NCBI GenBank assembly: GCA_947175665.1
Contig: CAMWNR010000002.1
Location: 88 to 64,087, forward strand
Length of the DNA stretch: 64,000 nucleotides
Origin: an uncultured Porphyromonadaceae bacterium
GTDB taxonomy: Bacteria > Bacteroidota > Bacteroidia > Bacteroidales > Muribaculaceae
Reading direction: 5' to 3'
Shown: in pieces, positions 28,385 to 37,600 of the stretch
How the letters are laid out: every line of letters begins with the position of its first letter
Position numbering within the stretch: position 1 is the stretch's first letter
Position numbers and translations under genes: made by a program
Notes under the pieces: generated by a model
Told to the model about the DNA's origin: nothing
Databases searched by the model: none
Seen by the model: the letters and a program-made list of their open reading frames with translations, nothing else

Positions 28385-29515
28385 ATGGATTTTAAACTTG
28401 AAGCAACCGCCCCATATACTAATGCTCGTGCCGGTGAGATTACTACCGACCACGGCAAAATACCTACTCCTATATTCATGCCTGTCGGCACTGTCGGCAG
28501 TGTGAAAGGGGTACATTTCCGCGAACTCCGCGACGATATAGACGCAAAGATTATTCTCGGTAATACTTATCACCTTTATCTCCGTCCCGGTCTCGACATT
28601 TTAAACCGCGCCGGAGGATTGCATAAGTTTATTGGGTGGGAACGCCCCATACTTACAGATTCCGGCGGGTTTCAGGTATTTTCTCTCTCATCCATACGTA
28701 AGTTAAAGGAGGAGGGTGCATATTTCCGCTCGCACATTGATGGCTCCAAACACCTCTTTACCCCGGAGGGTGTAGTGGATATCGAGAGAACTATAGGTGC
28801 CGACATTATGATGGCATTAGACGAATGCACTCCCGGCACCGCTGATTATACTTATGCCAAAAATTCTCTTGATCTGACCATGCGTTGGCTCAAACGTGGT
28901 TGGGACCGGTACAAATCTACCGAGGGTCTTTACGGTTACTCGCAGGCATATTTCCCGATCGTACAAGGGTGTGTATATCCGGAGTTGCGTCGTGAAGCAG
29001 CCAAGGCAGTGGCCGATTACGGAGCAGATGGCAACGCTATCGGCGGACTTGCAGTAGGCGAACCTACCGAAAAGATGTATGAAATGATTGAGGTCGTCAA
29101 CGATATTCTTCCGACCGATAAGCCCCGCTATCTTATGGGTGTCGGCACACCGGCTAATATCCTTGAGGCTATCGACAGAGGCGTAGATATGATGGACTGC
29201 GTTATGCCTACACGTAATGGCCGTAATGGCATGCTCTTCACACGCAACGGCATTATGAATATGCGCAACAAAAAATGGGCCGACGATTTCAGCCCGCTAG
29301 ATGAGGGTGGACCCTCTTTTGTTGATGAGGTGTATTCCAAGGCATACGTGCGCCATCTCTTTATAAGTAATGAGTTACTGGCTATGCAGATTGCTTCAAT
29401 CCATAATCTTGCCTTTTACCTATGGCTGGTAGGCGAGGCTCGTAAGCATATCATAGCCGGTGATTTCGCCGAATGGAAACCTAAAATGGTTGAGCGTGTC
29501 ACAAGCAGACTCTGA
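28385..29515 (+). CDS. tgt: Queuine tRNA-ribosyltransferase (tRNA-guanine transglycosylase)
   Basis: 376 aa with TPIFMPVGT, LTDSGGFQ, GLAVGE and CVMPTRNGRNG. Confidence 0.95.
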   Translation: MDFKLEATAPYTNARAGEITTDHGKIPTPIFMPVGTVGSVKGVHFRELRDDIDAKIILGNTYHLYLRPGLDILNRAGGLHKFIGWERPILTDSGGFQVFSLSSIRKLKEEGAYFRSHIDGSKHLFTPEGVVDIERTIGADIMMALDECTPGTADYTYAKNSLDLTMRWLKRGWDRYKSTEGLYGYSQAYFPIVQGCVYPELRREAAKAVADYGADGNAIGGLAVGEPTEKMYEMIEVVNDILPTDKPRYLMGVGTPANILEAIDRGVDMMDCVMPTRNGRNGMLFTRNGIMNMRNKKWADDFSPLDEGGPSFVDEVYSKAYVRHLFISNELLAMQIASIHNLAFYLWLVGEARKHIIAGDFAEWKPKMVERVTSRL

Positions 29516-29561
29516 TTATTTGTCGTGCGGAGTTTTGGTGTCTATTTGATATTTCTGAATT

Positions 29562-30728
29562 GTGAGTAAGGTCAGTCGATATATTGTAAATATCCCCCCT
29601 ATTTTATTATCCCCGTTTCGCAAGAGTCGTGGGCGGTTTTGGCGTGTATTCAGGCTTACAATACTTGACAGATACATTCTTCGCCAGTTTCTGGGTACAT
29701 ATTTTGTGGCCACTCTCCTCATCCTTGCCGTCATCACTATGTTTGATGTCACCGAGAAACTTGATGCTTTCCTTACGGCACCCATAAGTGAGACGCTATT
29801 TGATTATTTTGCTTCTTTCCTCCCTTATTTCGCTAACCAACTCTCCCCTCTTTTTGTATTCATATCCGTAATATTCTTTACGTCAAAATTAGCGGGCAAC
29901 TCCGAGATCATCGCTATTCTGGCAAGTGGTGTGAGTTTCAAGAGATTGCTACGGCCTTATATGATAGGTGCAGCCATTCTTGCTGCTCTCACATTTGCAT
30001 TGAGTAACTATATTATACCACCCACCAACGTAAAGAGGATAGCATATACCAATAAATATGTTAAGAACTATGCCATTGAGTCCGGCTCCAATATACAATT
30101 AATGGCCTCTCCGGGCAATGTAGTGTATATGTCAAGATTTGAGAATTACAATAAGACTGCATACCGTTTTACTATGGATAAGTTTGACGGTAAGAAGATA
30201 GTATCAAGACTTACTGCCCGCACAGCACAATATGACTCTACGCGACAATACCATTGGAGACTTTATGATTATATGATCCGAGACTTTGACGGTATGAACG
30301 AACGGGTCAGAAATGGTCATACCCTCGACTCTATCATACCCATCGAACCCAAAGATTTCCTTATCTCGATCGAAGACCAGGAGACTCTTACCACTCCGCA
30401 ACTCACCCGATATATCGAGCGACAGCGTATGCGAGGTGTGGCAAATATCAAGGGCTTTGAAATTGAGAAGGAGAAGCGATATGCGGCCACTGCCGCGGCG
30501 TTCATCCTTACTCTTATCGGTATGTCGTTAAGTTCTAAAAAGGTTAAAGGAGGTATGGGTATCAATATAGGTATAGGCCTTGTATTGAGTTTCAGTTATA
30601 TTCTGTTCTCTACCGTAACAAGTTCGTTTGCAATCAACGGCCTAACCACTCCTTTTATCGCTATGGAGATACCCAACTTCGTATACCTTCTGATAGGTAT
30701 ATACCTCTTCAGGAGGGTTTCTCGATAG
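29562..30728 (+). CDS. LptF/LptG-family LPS export permease
   Basis: ILDRYILRQFLGTYF is the family-typical N-terminus, and there are 6 TM spans. The start codon (GTG 29562) is uncertain because no in-frame ATG lies nearer the conserved N-terminus. Confidence 0.8.
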   Translation: MSKVSRYIVNIPPILLSPFRKSRGRFWRVFRLTILDRYILRQFLGTYFVATLLILAVITMFDVTEKLDAFLTAPISETLFDYFASFLPYFANQLSPLFVFISVIFFTSKLAGNSEIIAILASGVSFKRLLRPYMIGAAILAALTFALSNYIIPPTNVKRIAYTNKYVKNYAIESGSNIQLMASPGNVVYMSRFENYNKTAYRFTMDKFDGKKIVSRLTARTAQYDSTRQYHWRLYDYMIRDFDGMNERVRNGHTLDSIIPIEPKDFLISIEDQETLTTPQLTRYIERQRMRGVANIKGFEIEKEKRYAATAAAFILTLIGMSLSSKKVKGGMGINIGIGLVLSFSYILFSTVTSSFAINGLTTPFIAMEIPNFVYLLIGIYLFRRVSR

Positions 30729-30744
30729 GTATTATTTTTACCTT

Positions 30745-30762
30745 AGACCCCAACCCACAAGA
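30745..30762 (+). repeat. Solo fragment of the MITE terminal repeat (AGACCCCAACCCACAAGA)
   Basis: The first 18 nt are identical to the TIR at 27538. It lies 16 nt after the stop at 30728. Confidence 0.6.
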
Positions 30763-30925
30763 GTAACCAGTGATTATTCCTCTATATCAACGGGAGTAAC
30801 CAATAATCCTCGCATTGCCACATCGCATCAAAATCAAAACCTCAGCGCATCTGCCGGCAGGCCATATCATCTTTTGAAGGTGGGAGCCGTATTTTTTCCT
30901 GTTTGCTTATTTTACTAATTTTTTG

Positions 30926-30933
30926 TAATTTTG
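30926..30933 (+). promoter_or_regulatory. -7 promoter box TAATTTTG
   Basis: Matches TAnnTTTG, 18 nt upstream of the ATG at 30952. Confidence 0.4.
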
Positions 30934-30951
30934 AGTTTCAATTGATATGCA

Positions 30952-31734
30952 ATGAAAACAAATACGGATAATACCACTAAATCATACGCCGGCAAGCATC
31001 CTATTCTGGTAAATCTACTGATAATTTTACTTGTGGCTGCTTTGGGTATATTCATTATCTATTTCTCGATTGCCCTCTTTACCAAGCATGGCAAATCTGA
31101 TGTTGTGCCTCCGGTTGAAAATATGAGTTATACCGATGCCATCAAGACTCTGCATGATAGAGGCTTTAAGGTAGACATTCGTGACTCCCTATATAAAGAT
31201 GATGTAAAACCCGGATTTGTAATCGAGCAGTTTCCTAAGGCTAATTCTGTAGTTAAACCCGGGCGCAAAATATTTCTTTACATCAATGCCGTGCATCCTA
31301 AAGAGGTGGTTATTGATGACGATAATCATCCTATGGACGATGCATTGCGCAGTTTCTCTTTCCGCTCCGGAATGGCGAAACTTCAGGAACTCGGTTTTAA
31401 GAATGTTAAGGTTCAATATGTACTCGGAGATAATGATTGCATAGTAAAGATTCTTGCTAACGGTGTACCGGTCAAGAAGATGCAAAAAGTTCCGGTCAAT
31501 GCCGCGATCATAGTTCAGGTATATGATGGTCGTCTGGCTGCCTTGAGAGATTCGCTGCAGAATGAAGAATTGATAGAAGCACAGGGGGAAAGAATCTCAA
31601 TCAGCGATTATGTAGACCAAAATCCTTATACCGGTGCATCGACCTCAGGTTCTTCTTATTCGGGTACATCTTCTACATCTGCTTCTTCAGGTAGTTCTTC
31701 TGCTGAAGAGGAAGAGGAATTGGAGTACTTCTGA
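30952..31734 (+). CDS. PASTA domain-containing membrane protein
   Basis: 260 aa with one N-terminal TM span and two PASTA-like units (YTDAIKTLHDRGFKVDI...VKPGRKIFLYIN). The tail is Ser-rich and acidic. Confidence 0.72.
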   Translation: MKTNTDNTTKSYAGKHPILVNLLIILLVAALGIFIIYFSIALFTKHGKSDVVPPVENMSYTDAIKTLHDRGFKVDIRDSLYKDDVKPGFVIEQFPKANSVVKPGRKIFLYINAVHPKEVVIDDDNHPMDDALRSFSFRSGMAKLQELGFKNVKVQYVLGDNDCIVKILANGVPVKKMQKVPVNAAIIVQVYDGRLAALRDSLQNEELIEAQGERISISDYVDQNPYTGASTSGSSYSGTSSTSASSGSSSAEEEEELEYF

Positions 31735-31787
31735 TATGAATTAAATTGGTTAGAATCCGGTTTTATGTTTTAACTTTCTGATCTGAT

Positions 31788-32969
31788 ATGTCTGATATTA
31801 CTGATAATTTTATAGAATCCACTTCTAATTTATCTGAAAATATCTCAGATTCTCACCCTGATATGATTTCAGACGATTCTTCTGAGGCGATTGCATATTC
31901 TGATGAATCAGAATTTATGGCCGGTGCAGAGGATGATGAAGTTGCCGAACCGCTCTTTGTCACCTCAGACGGGCGCGAAATGTTTGAACATTTTCGTTTT
32001 GTTGCCGACAAGGGTCAGAAACTTCTGCGTGTGGACAAGTTTCTGGTAGCAAGAATGGAGAAGACTTCCCGTAATCGGATTCAGAACGCCGCCGATGCCG
32101 ACTGCATAATTGTAAACGGCCGTCCGGTAAAGTCTTCATATAAGGTTAAGGCAGGCGATGTGGTCAGTATCGTTATGGATCGACCCCGCTACGAGTTGGA
32201 GATTATCCCGGAAGATATACCCCTGAATATCATATACGAAGATGATGCCCTGTTAGTAGTAAATAAACCGGCCGGCATGGTAGTACATCCGGGTCACGGC
32301 AATTACACCGGAACTCTTGTAAATGCTCTTGCATGGCACTTCAAAGATAATCCTGATTATGATGTTTCTGATCCTCGCCTGGGACTTGTACACCGTATCG
32401 ACAAGGATACAAGCGGTCTGCTGGTAATAGCCAAGACGCCCGAGGCCAAAACTCATCTCGGGCTGCAGTTTTTTAATAAGACCACCAAGAGAGAGTATCG
32501 TGCGCTCGTATGGGGTAATTTCCCGGAAAAGACAGGTACTATCACCGGAAATATCGCCCGCAATCCCCGCAATAAATTACAGATGGCGGTGTTTGAAAAT
32601 CCTGAAATCGGCAAACACGCTGTCACCCACTATGAGGTGCTTCGCGACTTCGGTTATGTTTCACTGGTAAAATGCGTACTCGAAACCGGCCGAACCCATC
32701 AGATCAGGGTACACATGCAATATAAGGGGCATCCCCTCTTTAATGATGCACGATATGGAGGCGACAAGATATTGAAAGGTACTACTTTTGCTAAGTATAA
32801 ACGATTTATAGATAATTGTTTTGCTATCTGCCCGCGCCAGGCACTACATGCTAAGACCCTCGGATTTATACATCCTGTCACAGGTAAGGAGATGAACTTT
32901 GATTCCGAAATACCGGAAGATATGTCTCTCCTCCTCCAGAAGTGGGAGAATTATACCTCTGAATCTTAA
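31788..32969 (+). CDS. rluD: RluA-family 23S rRNA pseudouridine synthase (RluD-like) with acidic N-terminal extension
   Basis: Has an S4 domain (LRVDKFL...) and the catalytic motif LVHRIDKDTSGLLVIAK, plus GRTHQIRVH. Confidence 0.88.
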   Translation: MSDITDNFIESTSNLSENISDSHPDMISDDSSEAIAYSDESEFMAGAEDDEVAEPLFVTSDGREMFEHFRFVADKGQKLLRVDKFLVARMEKTSRNRIQNAADADCIIVNGRPVKSSYKVKAGDVVSIVMDRPRYELEIIPEDIPLNIIYEDDALLVVNKPAGMVVHPGHGNYTGTLVNALAWHFKDNPDYDVSDPRLGLVHRIDKDTSGLLVIAKTPEAKTHLGLQFFNKTTKREYRALVWGNFPEKTGTITGNIARNPRNKLQMAVFENPEIGKHAVTHYEVLRDFGYVSLVKCVLETGRTHQIRVHMQYKGHPLFNDARYGGDKILKGTTFAKYKRFIDNCFAICPRQALHAKTLGFIHPVTGKEMNFDSEIPEDMSLLLQKWENYTSES

Positions 32970-33085
32970 AATCAAGGCATCCCCCCCGTAAATGTGGCCG
33001 GTGGATGGATTTAATTGAAGTTTTGCTGATTTAATCGGCATTATAACTCAACTTTTTATGTACCTACATTGTATTAGAAGTAGAT

Positions 33086-34258
33086 ATGACTCAAGAATTT
33101 GACTTTTCAGATATAGCCCCGCTGGATGATTCGGTGTTTCATTCAGTTATGGAGAAACTCGTGAAGGAACCCGGCTTCCTGCACGCGGTTAAATATGCAA
33201 TGCCTCAGGAAGGTATACCCTCTCTGATAGATGAATTACTGAAAATCAATAACAAATATGATTTTCAGCATCAGGTGATGTTCCCTTTTCTTGAGATGCT
33301 TGCCAAGACTACCACTTCCGGTATATCTCTTGGCGGAATAAAGCACCTTAACCCATCGATGAATTATACCTTCATCACCAACCACCGTGATATTGTCCTG
33401 GATGCTTCGTTTCTTAATCTTGCTTTTTTGCGCAGAGATATTCCTACGTCTGAAGTTGCAATAGGTGATAATCTTCTGATTTTCGATTGGATTAAGGACC
33501 TCGTGAGACTCAACAAGAGTTTCATAGTAAAGAGAAACACCGGACTGCGTGAGGGATTGATGGCAGCCAAGAAATTGTCGGCCTATATACATTATTGTCT
33601 GCTTGAGAAACATGAATCTGTATGGATAGCCCAACGCGAAGGTAGAGCGAAAGATTCATCAGACCACACGCAGGAATCTCTTGTTAAAATGCTCGCTATC
33701 GGTGGCGAGGGTACATTTATGCAACGCCTTAAGGAAATTAACCTTATGCCTGTGGCAATCAGTTATGAATATGATCCTAATGACTACCTGAAGGCTAAGG
33801 AATTCCTGTTGAGACGTCGCCATCCGGATTTTAAGAAATCGCAACGCGATGATCTATTCTCTATGGAGACCGGTTTGCTTCAGTTTAAAGGTAAAGTACA
33901 TTTCCAACTCACTCCCCGCATCAACACCAAGTTGGATCAGATCGGTAACTTTAAAGATAATAATACCGCGGCAAAATATGTAGTTAAAATCATTGACCAG
34001 GCTATACACCGCAGTTACATGATATTCAGAATTAACTACATAGCATTCGACCTACTTCATAACACAGATCGCTTTGAAGCATACTATACCCCCGAACGCA
34101 AGAAGGAAGTTATAGAATACTTTAATTCGCAACTCGACAAAGTTGATGTTGAGAATATCACTGCTGAAGAAAGAGAGTATATGATGCAGATGATGCTCAC
34201 CATGTATGCGAATCCTCTTAAAAATAAACTCCGCACCATACTTGGAGGTCTGGAATAA
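33086..34258 (+). CDS. PlsC-family acyltransferase
   Basis: 390 aa with the H-x4-D motif in FITNHRDIVLDASFL and a downstream AQREGRAKD segment. Confidence 0.68.
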   Translation: MTQEFDFSDIAPLDDSVFHSVMEKLVKEPGFLHAVKYAMPQEGIPSLIDELLKINNKYDFQHQVMFPFLEMLAKTTTSGISLGGIKHLNPSMNYTFITNHRDIVLDASFLNLAFLRRDIPTSEVAIGDNLLIFDWIKDLVRLNKSFIVKRNTGLREGLMAAKKLSAYIHYCLLEKHESVWIAQREGRAKDSSDHTQESLVKMLAIGGEGTFMQRLKEINLMPVAISYEYDPNDYLKAKEFLLRRRHPDFKKSQRDDLFSMETGLLQFKGKVHFQLTPRINTKLDQIGNFKDNNTAAKYVVKIIDQAIHRSYMIFRINYIAFDLLHNTDRFEAYYTPERKKEVIEYFNSQLDKVDVENITAEEREYMMQMMLTMYANPLKNKLRTILGGLE

Positions 34259-34269
34259 TCTAAAGTTTT

Positions 34270-35526
34270 ATGAGAGTACCGATATTAATGGCGATATTCG
34301 CTTTTCTATTTTCTATTTTAATTGACGCTTATATCTATATTGATATAAAGAAGAGCCTTAAAAATCATCGTCGTTTAGCATCGATATATGGTTTCTCTTC
34401 TATATGCTTGTGGATATTCCTGCTCGTCGTATTGCTCATACCTCGTAGAGAAGCGACCCAAAGTATCGCATTTACAATGTGGGCATTATACTCTTATTCA
34501 ACTGTTTATATCTCTAAATTTATCTTCGTTGTTTTCTCGCTCGCCGGAGGTATCCCTAAAATATGGCATCGTCGGTCTCTTAAACTCGGCAAGTATGTCG
34601 GTCTGCCCCTCGCTATAATATGCTTTATCGCTATGTGGTGGGGAGCGTTGATAACCCGTCATAATATTGATGTGGTAAATGTTGATATAAATTCACCTAA
34701 ATTACCGCAGGCTTTTAATGATTACCGTATGGTACAGATTTCAGATCTCCATGTCGGTACTTGGGGCAATGACACATCTTTTATCTCAAGATTGGTAGAT
34801 AGTGTCAATAATCAAAAACCCGATGTGATATTCTTTACCGGTGATATTGTAAACCGGCATACAGGTGAGTTGGAACCTTTTGTTAAAACTCTATCCAGAC
34901 TACACGCTCCCGATGGAGTATGGTCAATACTGGGTAACCATGATTACGGTGATTATATAGAATGGTCCTCCGAGAGCGAAAAAGAGGCCAATCTAAATCT
35001 GCTTAAACACCTGCAGCAACAGATGGGATGGAAAATGCTTAATAATCAGTCAGACATTCTGGTCCGCAAGGGTGATACCATCCGCCTGATCGGTGTTGAG
35101 AACTGGGGAGAACCACCATTTCATCAGTATGGTAAACTCAAGGCATCCTATCCAAGCGACAGTGCAAATAATACCGGACTCAACGACAAAAATTTCAAGA
35201 TTCTTCTTAGTCATAATCCGGAGCATTGGCGACAGGAAGTGACAAATATATCAAATATTGACCTTACTCTGAGCGGACATACTCATGCTATGCAGACTGA
35301 AATCAAAGTCGGTAATTGGAAATGGAGCCCGGCTGTGTTCAGGTATCCGTTGTGGGGTGGTCTCTATCTCGGTCAGAACAAAAATGGAGAATTACTTCAA
35401 CTGTATATCAATATTGGAGCAGGTGAAGTAGGAATGCCATTCAGAATCGGTGCCGTACCGGAGATAACTGTCATTACACTGCATAAAGAACCTATACCCT
35501 ATTCATTAAAACCGGTAAACAAATAA
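34270..35526 (+). CDS. Membrane-anchored metallophosphoesterase
   Basis: 418 aa with 4-5 N-terminal TM spans. Calcineurin-like motifs follow: SDLHVG, TGDIVN, GNHD and SGHTH. Confidence 0.8.
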   Translation: MRVPILMAIFAFLFSILIDAYIYIDIKKSLKNHRRLASIYGFSSICLWIFLLVVLLIPRREATQSIAFTMWALYSYSTVYISKFIFVVFSLAGGIPKIWHRRSLKLGKYVGLPLAIICFIAMWWGALITRHNIDVVNVDINSPKLPQAFNDYRMVQISDLHVGTWGNDTSFISRLVDSVNNQKPDVIFFTGDIVNRHTGELEPFVKTLSRLHAPDGVWSILGNHDYGDYIEWSSESEKEANLNLLKHLQQQMGWKMLNNQSDILVRKGDTIRLIGVENWGEPPFHQYGKLKASYPSDSANNTGLNDKNFKILLSHNPEHWRQEVTNISNIDLTLSGHTHAMQTEIKVGNWKWSPAVFRYPLWGGLYLGQNKNGELLQLYINIGAGEVGMPFRIGAVPEITVITLHKEPIPYSLKPVNK

Positions 35527-35535
35527 ATAAGTGAT

Positions 35536-35925
35536 ATGATCTGCTATATCGGCCTTGGCAGCAATGACGGCGACAGAGAATTGCACTTGCACAACGGATT
35601 GAATAATCTGGCTGAGATTTGTGACAATATTTATTTTTCCACCCACTACGAATCTCCCGCCTTGAATCCTGGTAAAGTCTATTATCTTAACTCTGTAGCA
35701 CTCATTGAATTTTCCGGAACTCTGGATGCTCTAAATATCCTCTTAAAGAAGTTTGAAATACAAGAGGGCCGCACTCCCGAGGCTCGCGCAGAAGGGAGGG
35801 TACCTCTTGACATGGATGTAGTTATAGCAGATGGAAAGATTTTAAGACCCAAAGACTATAACTGCTATTTCTTCCGCCGAGGCTACGAAGAATTAAGACC
35901 CCACCCCTCCAATAATCAAGATTAA
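35536..35925 (+). CDS. Divergent HPPK (FolK)-like protein
   Basis: The N-terminus YIGLGSNDGDRELHL and the VPLDMDVV segment parallel the HPPK motifs IGSNLxxP and LDLDI. The protein is short (129 aa), lacks several catalytic-site residues, and its last codons lie in a repeat block. Confidence 0.45.
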   Translation: MICYIGLGSNDGDRELHLHNGLNNLAEICDNIYFSTHYESPALNPGKVYYLNSVALIEFSGTLDALNILLKKFEIQEGRTPEARAEGRVPLDMDVVIADGKILRPKDYNCYFFRRGYEELRPHPSNNQD

Positions 35926-36060
35926 TCACCCCATATCAGGCTAAATCAAGTTTTATCAAGTTTTATCAAGTTTTATCAGGCTAAATCAAGATAAAGCAGG
36001 TTAAATCAAGGTTAATCAGGTTAAATCAAGGTTAATCAAGATAAATCAGGCTAAGTAATA
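35911..36060. repeat. Array of ~15 degenerate repeats with strict 10-bp period (consensus nnWAATCARG)
   Basis: The array reads aataatcaag attaatcacc ccatatcagg ctaaatcaag ttttatcaag ttttatcaag ttttatcagg ctaaatcaag ataaagcagg ttaaatcaag gttaatcagg ttaaatcaag gttaatcaag ataaatcagg ctaagtaata. Confidence 0.85.
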
Positions 36061-36154
36061 AAAAATTACTGACCCTATAATTAAACCAATCCAAAAAAAA
36101 TTGCGACATTGATAATATTTCCCCAATTAATATTGATAATTCAAAAAAAATTCT

Positions 36155-36162
36155 TATCTTTG
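36155..36162 (+). promoter_or_regulatory. -7 promoter box TATCTTTG
   Basis: Matches TAnnTTTG, 29 nt upstream of the bamD ATG. Confidence 0.45.
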
Positions 36163-36191
36163 CACCCTCAAAGCGCTTTGATCAAAACACA

Positions 36192-37040
36192 ATGAGAAAG
36201 TTCATTACTAAACATATACCCGCTTCGCAATTTATCTCTGTCGGCAAGTGTCTTATATTATTCATGATCATACTCTCATTCGCTGCATGTACCGAATATA
36301 CCAAGGTACTTAAAAGCCGCGATGCAGATTATAAATTTGAATATGCCAAGAAGGCCTATGACCAGAAAAAGTATCAGCAGGCGATTACCCTTCTGGGCGA
36401 TGTTATTCAGCCGCTCCGAGGTTCGGAAAAAGGAGAGGAAGCATTGTTTCTACTCGGAATGTCACATTACGAGAATAAAGACTACATGAATTCCGGGGTC
36501 TACTTTAAGACATACTATACAAGATATCCTAAGGGGAAATATGCCGAACTCGCCCGTTATTATAGCGGCTATGGATATTATCTCGATTCTCCCGATCCCC
36601 AACTTGATCAGACCAGCACAGTTAAGGCTATTGAGGAATTACAAGGCTTTCTTGACTATTTCCCTCGCTCTGACAAAGTGACTCTTGCTCAAAATGCAAT
36701 TTTTGAAATGCAAGATAAACTCACCCTTAAGGAATTACAGAATGCTCAACTTTACTATAACCTGGGCAACTTCCTTGGCAATAATTATGAGTCTGCGATC
36801 ATAACTTCGCAAAATGCTCTTAAGACTTACCCTTACTCTAAATATCGAGAGGCTTTCGAACTCCTCATTCTGAAATCAAAATTTCAGGAGGCCAAACAGA
36901 GTGTTGATGAGAAAAGGGCCGAAAGATACCAGGATGTTATAGATGAATATTACTCCTTTATAAATAATTATCCGGAATCTAAAAACAAAAAGGAAGCCGA
37001 AAATATTTATAATTTGGCTCGTCGCCATGTTAAGGAGTAA
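36192..37040 (+). CDS. bamD: Outer membrane protein assembly factor BamD (TPR lipoprotein)
   Basis: 282 aa with the lipobox SFAAC and TPR-like repeats. The conserved bamD-rpoZ arrangement is present. Confidence 0.8.
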   Translation: MRKFITKHIPASQFISVGKCLILFMIILSFAACTEYTKVLKSRDADYKFEYAKKAYDQKKYQQAITLLGDVIQPLRGSEKGEEALFLLGMSHYENKDYMNSGVYFKTYYTRYPKGKYAELARYYSGYGYYLDSPDPQLDQTSTVKAIEELQGFLDYFPRSDKVTLAQNAIFEMQDKLTLKELQNAQLYYNLGNFLGNNYESAIITSQNALKTYPYSKYREAFELLILKSKFQEAKQSVDEKRAERYQDVIDEYYSFINNYPESKNKKEAENIYNLARRHVKE

Positions 37041-37139
37041 CTTCGGGTTAACATTTAAACCATTTTCAGACTCAATCTGAAATTTTCTTCTCCTCATCTA
37101 CTGAATAAATCGAAATTTCCTAATTATTGAATATAAGAT

Positions 37140-37475
37140 ATGGATTATAAGAAGACTAACGCACCCCTCACAACTGTCACCCGTGACATGATTGCGATGG
37201 CCGAACAGACCGGAAATGTATATGAAACTGTATGCATCATCGGTAAGCGTGCAAATCAGATCAGTGCCGACCTTAAAAAGGAACTTGAAAAGAAACTTCA
37301 AGAGTTCGCTTCTACTGATAATCTTGAAGAGGTTTCCGAAAACCGTGAGCAGATTGAAATATCTCGTTTTTATGAGAAACTCCCCAAACCGACTCTGATC
37401 GCTACGCAGGAATACATCGAGCACAAACTCTATTTCTCAAATCCTCTTAAGCAGAAAGATCACTTGCGTGACTAA
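37140..37475 (+). CDS. rpoZ: DNA-directed RNA polymerase subunit omega (Bacteroidota long form)
   Basis: 111 aa with the NVYETVCIIGKRANQIS core. It lies downstream of bamD. Confidence 0.68.
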   Translation: MDYKKTNAPLTTVTRDMIAMAEQTGNVYETVCIIGKRANQISADLKKELEKKLQEFASTDNLEEVSENREQIEISRFYEKLPKPTLIATQEYIEHKLYFSNPLKQKDHLRD

Positions 37476-37533
37476 TCTCTCTATTTTCGCGCATTATCAC
37501 AAAAGAGTAATTTGAAATATTAAGTATTCAAGC

Positions 37534-37575
37534 AAAAAATCAGCGCCTCGCTATCTCGCGAAGCGCTGATTTTTT
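37534..37575 (+). terminator. Rho-independent terminator
   Basis: AAAAAATCAGCGC-N16-GCGCTGATTTTTT. Confidence 0.75.
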
Positions 37576-37600
37576 AAGTCCCGATCACGAATAATAAAAG

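Noticed and set aside
35911-36060. CRISPR array. The same applies to 38651-38720, 22555-22633, 46436-46510 and 63214-63333.
   Set aside because: The units are 10-24 nt and directly abutting, with no unique spacers and no cas genes. They are tandem repeats, not CRISPRs.
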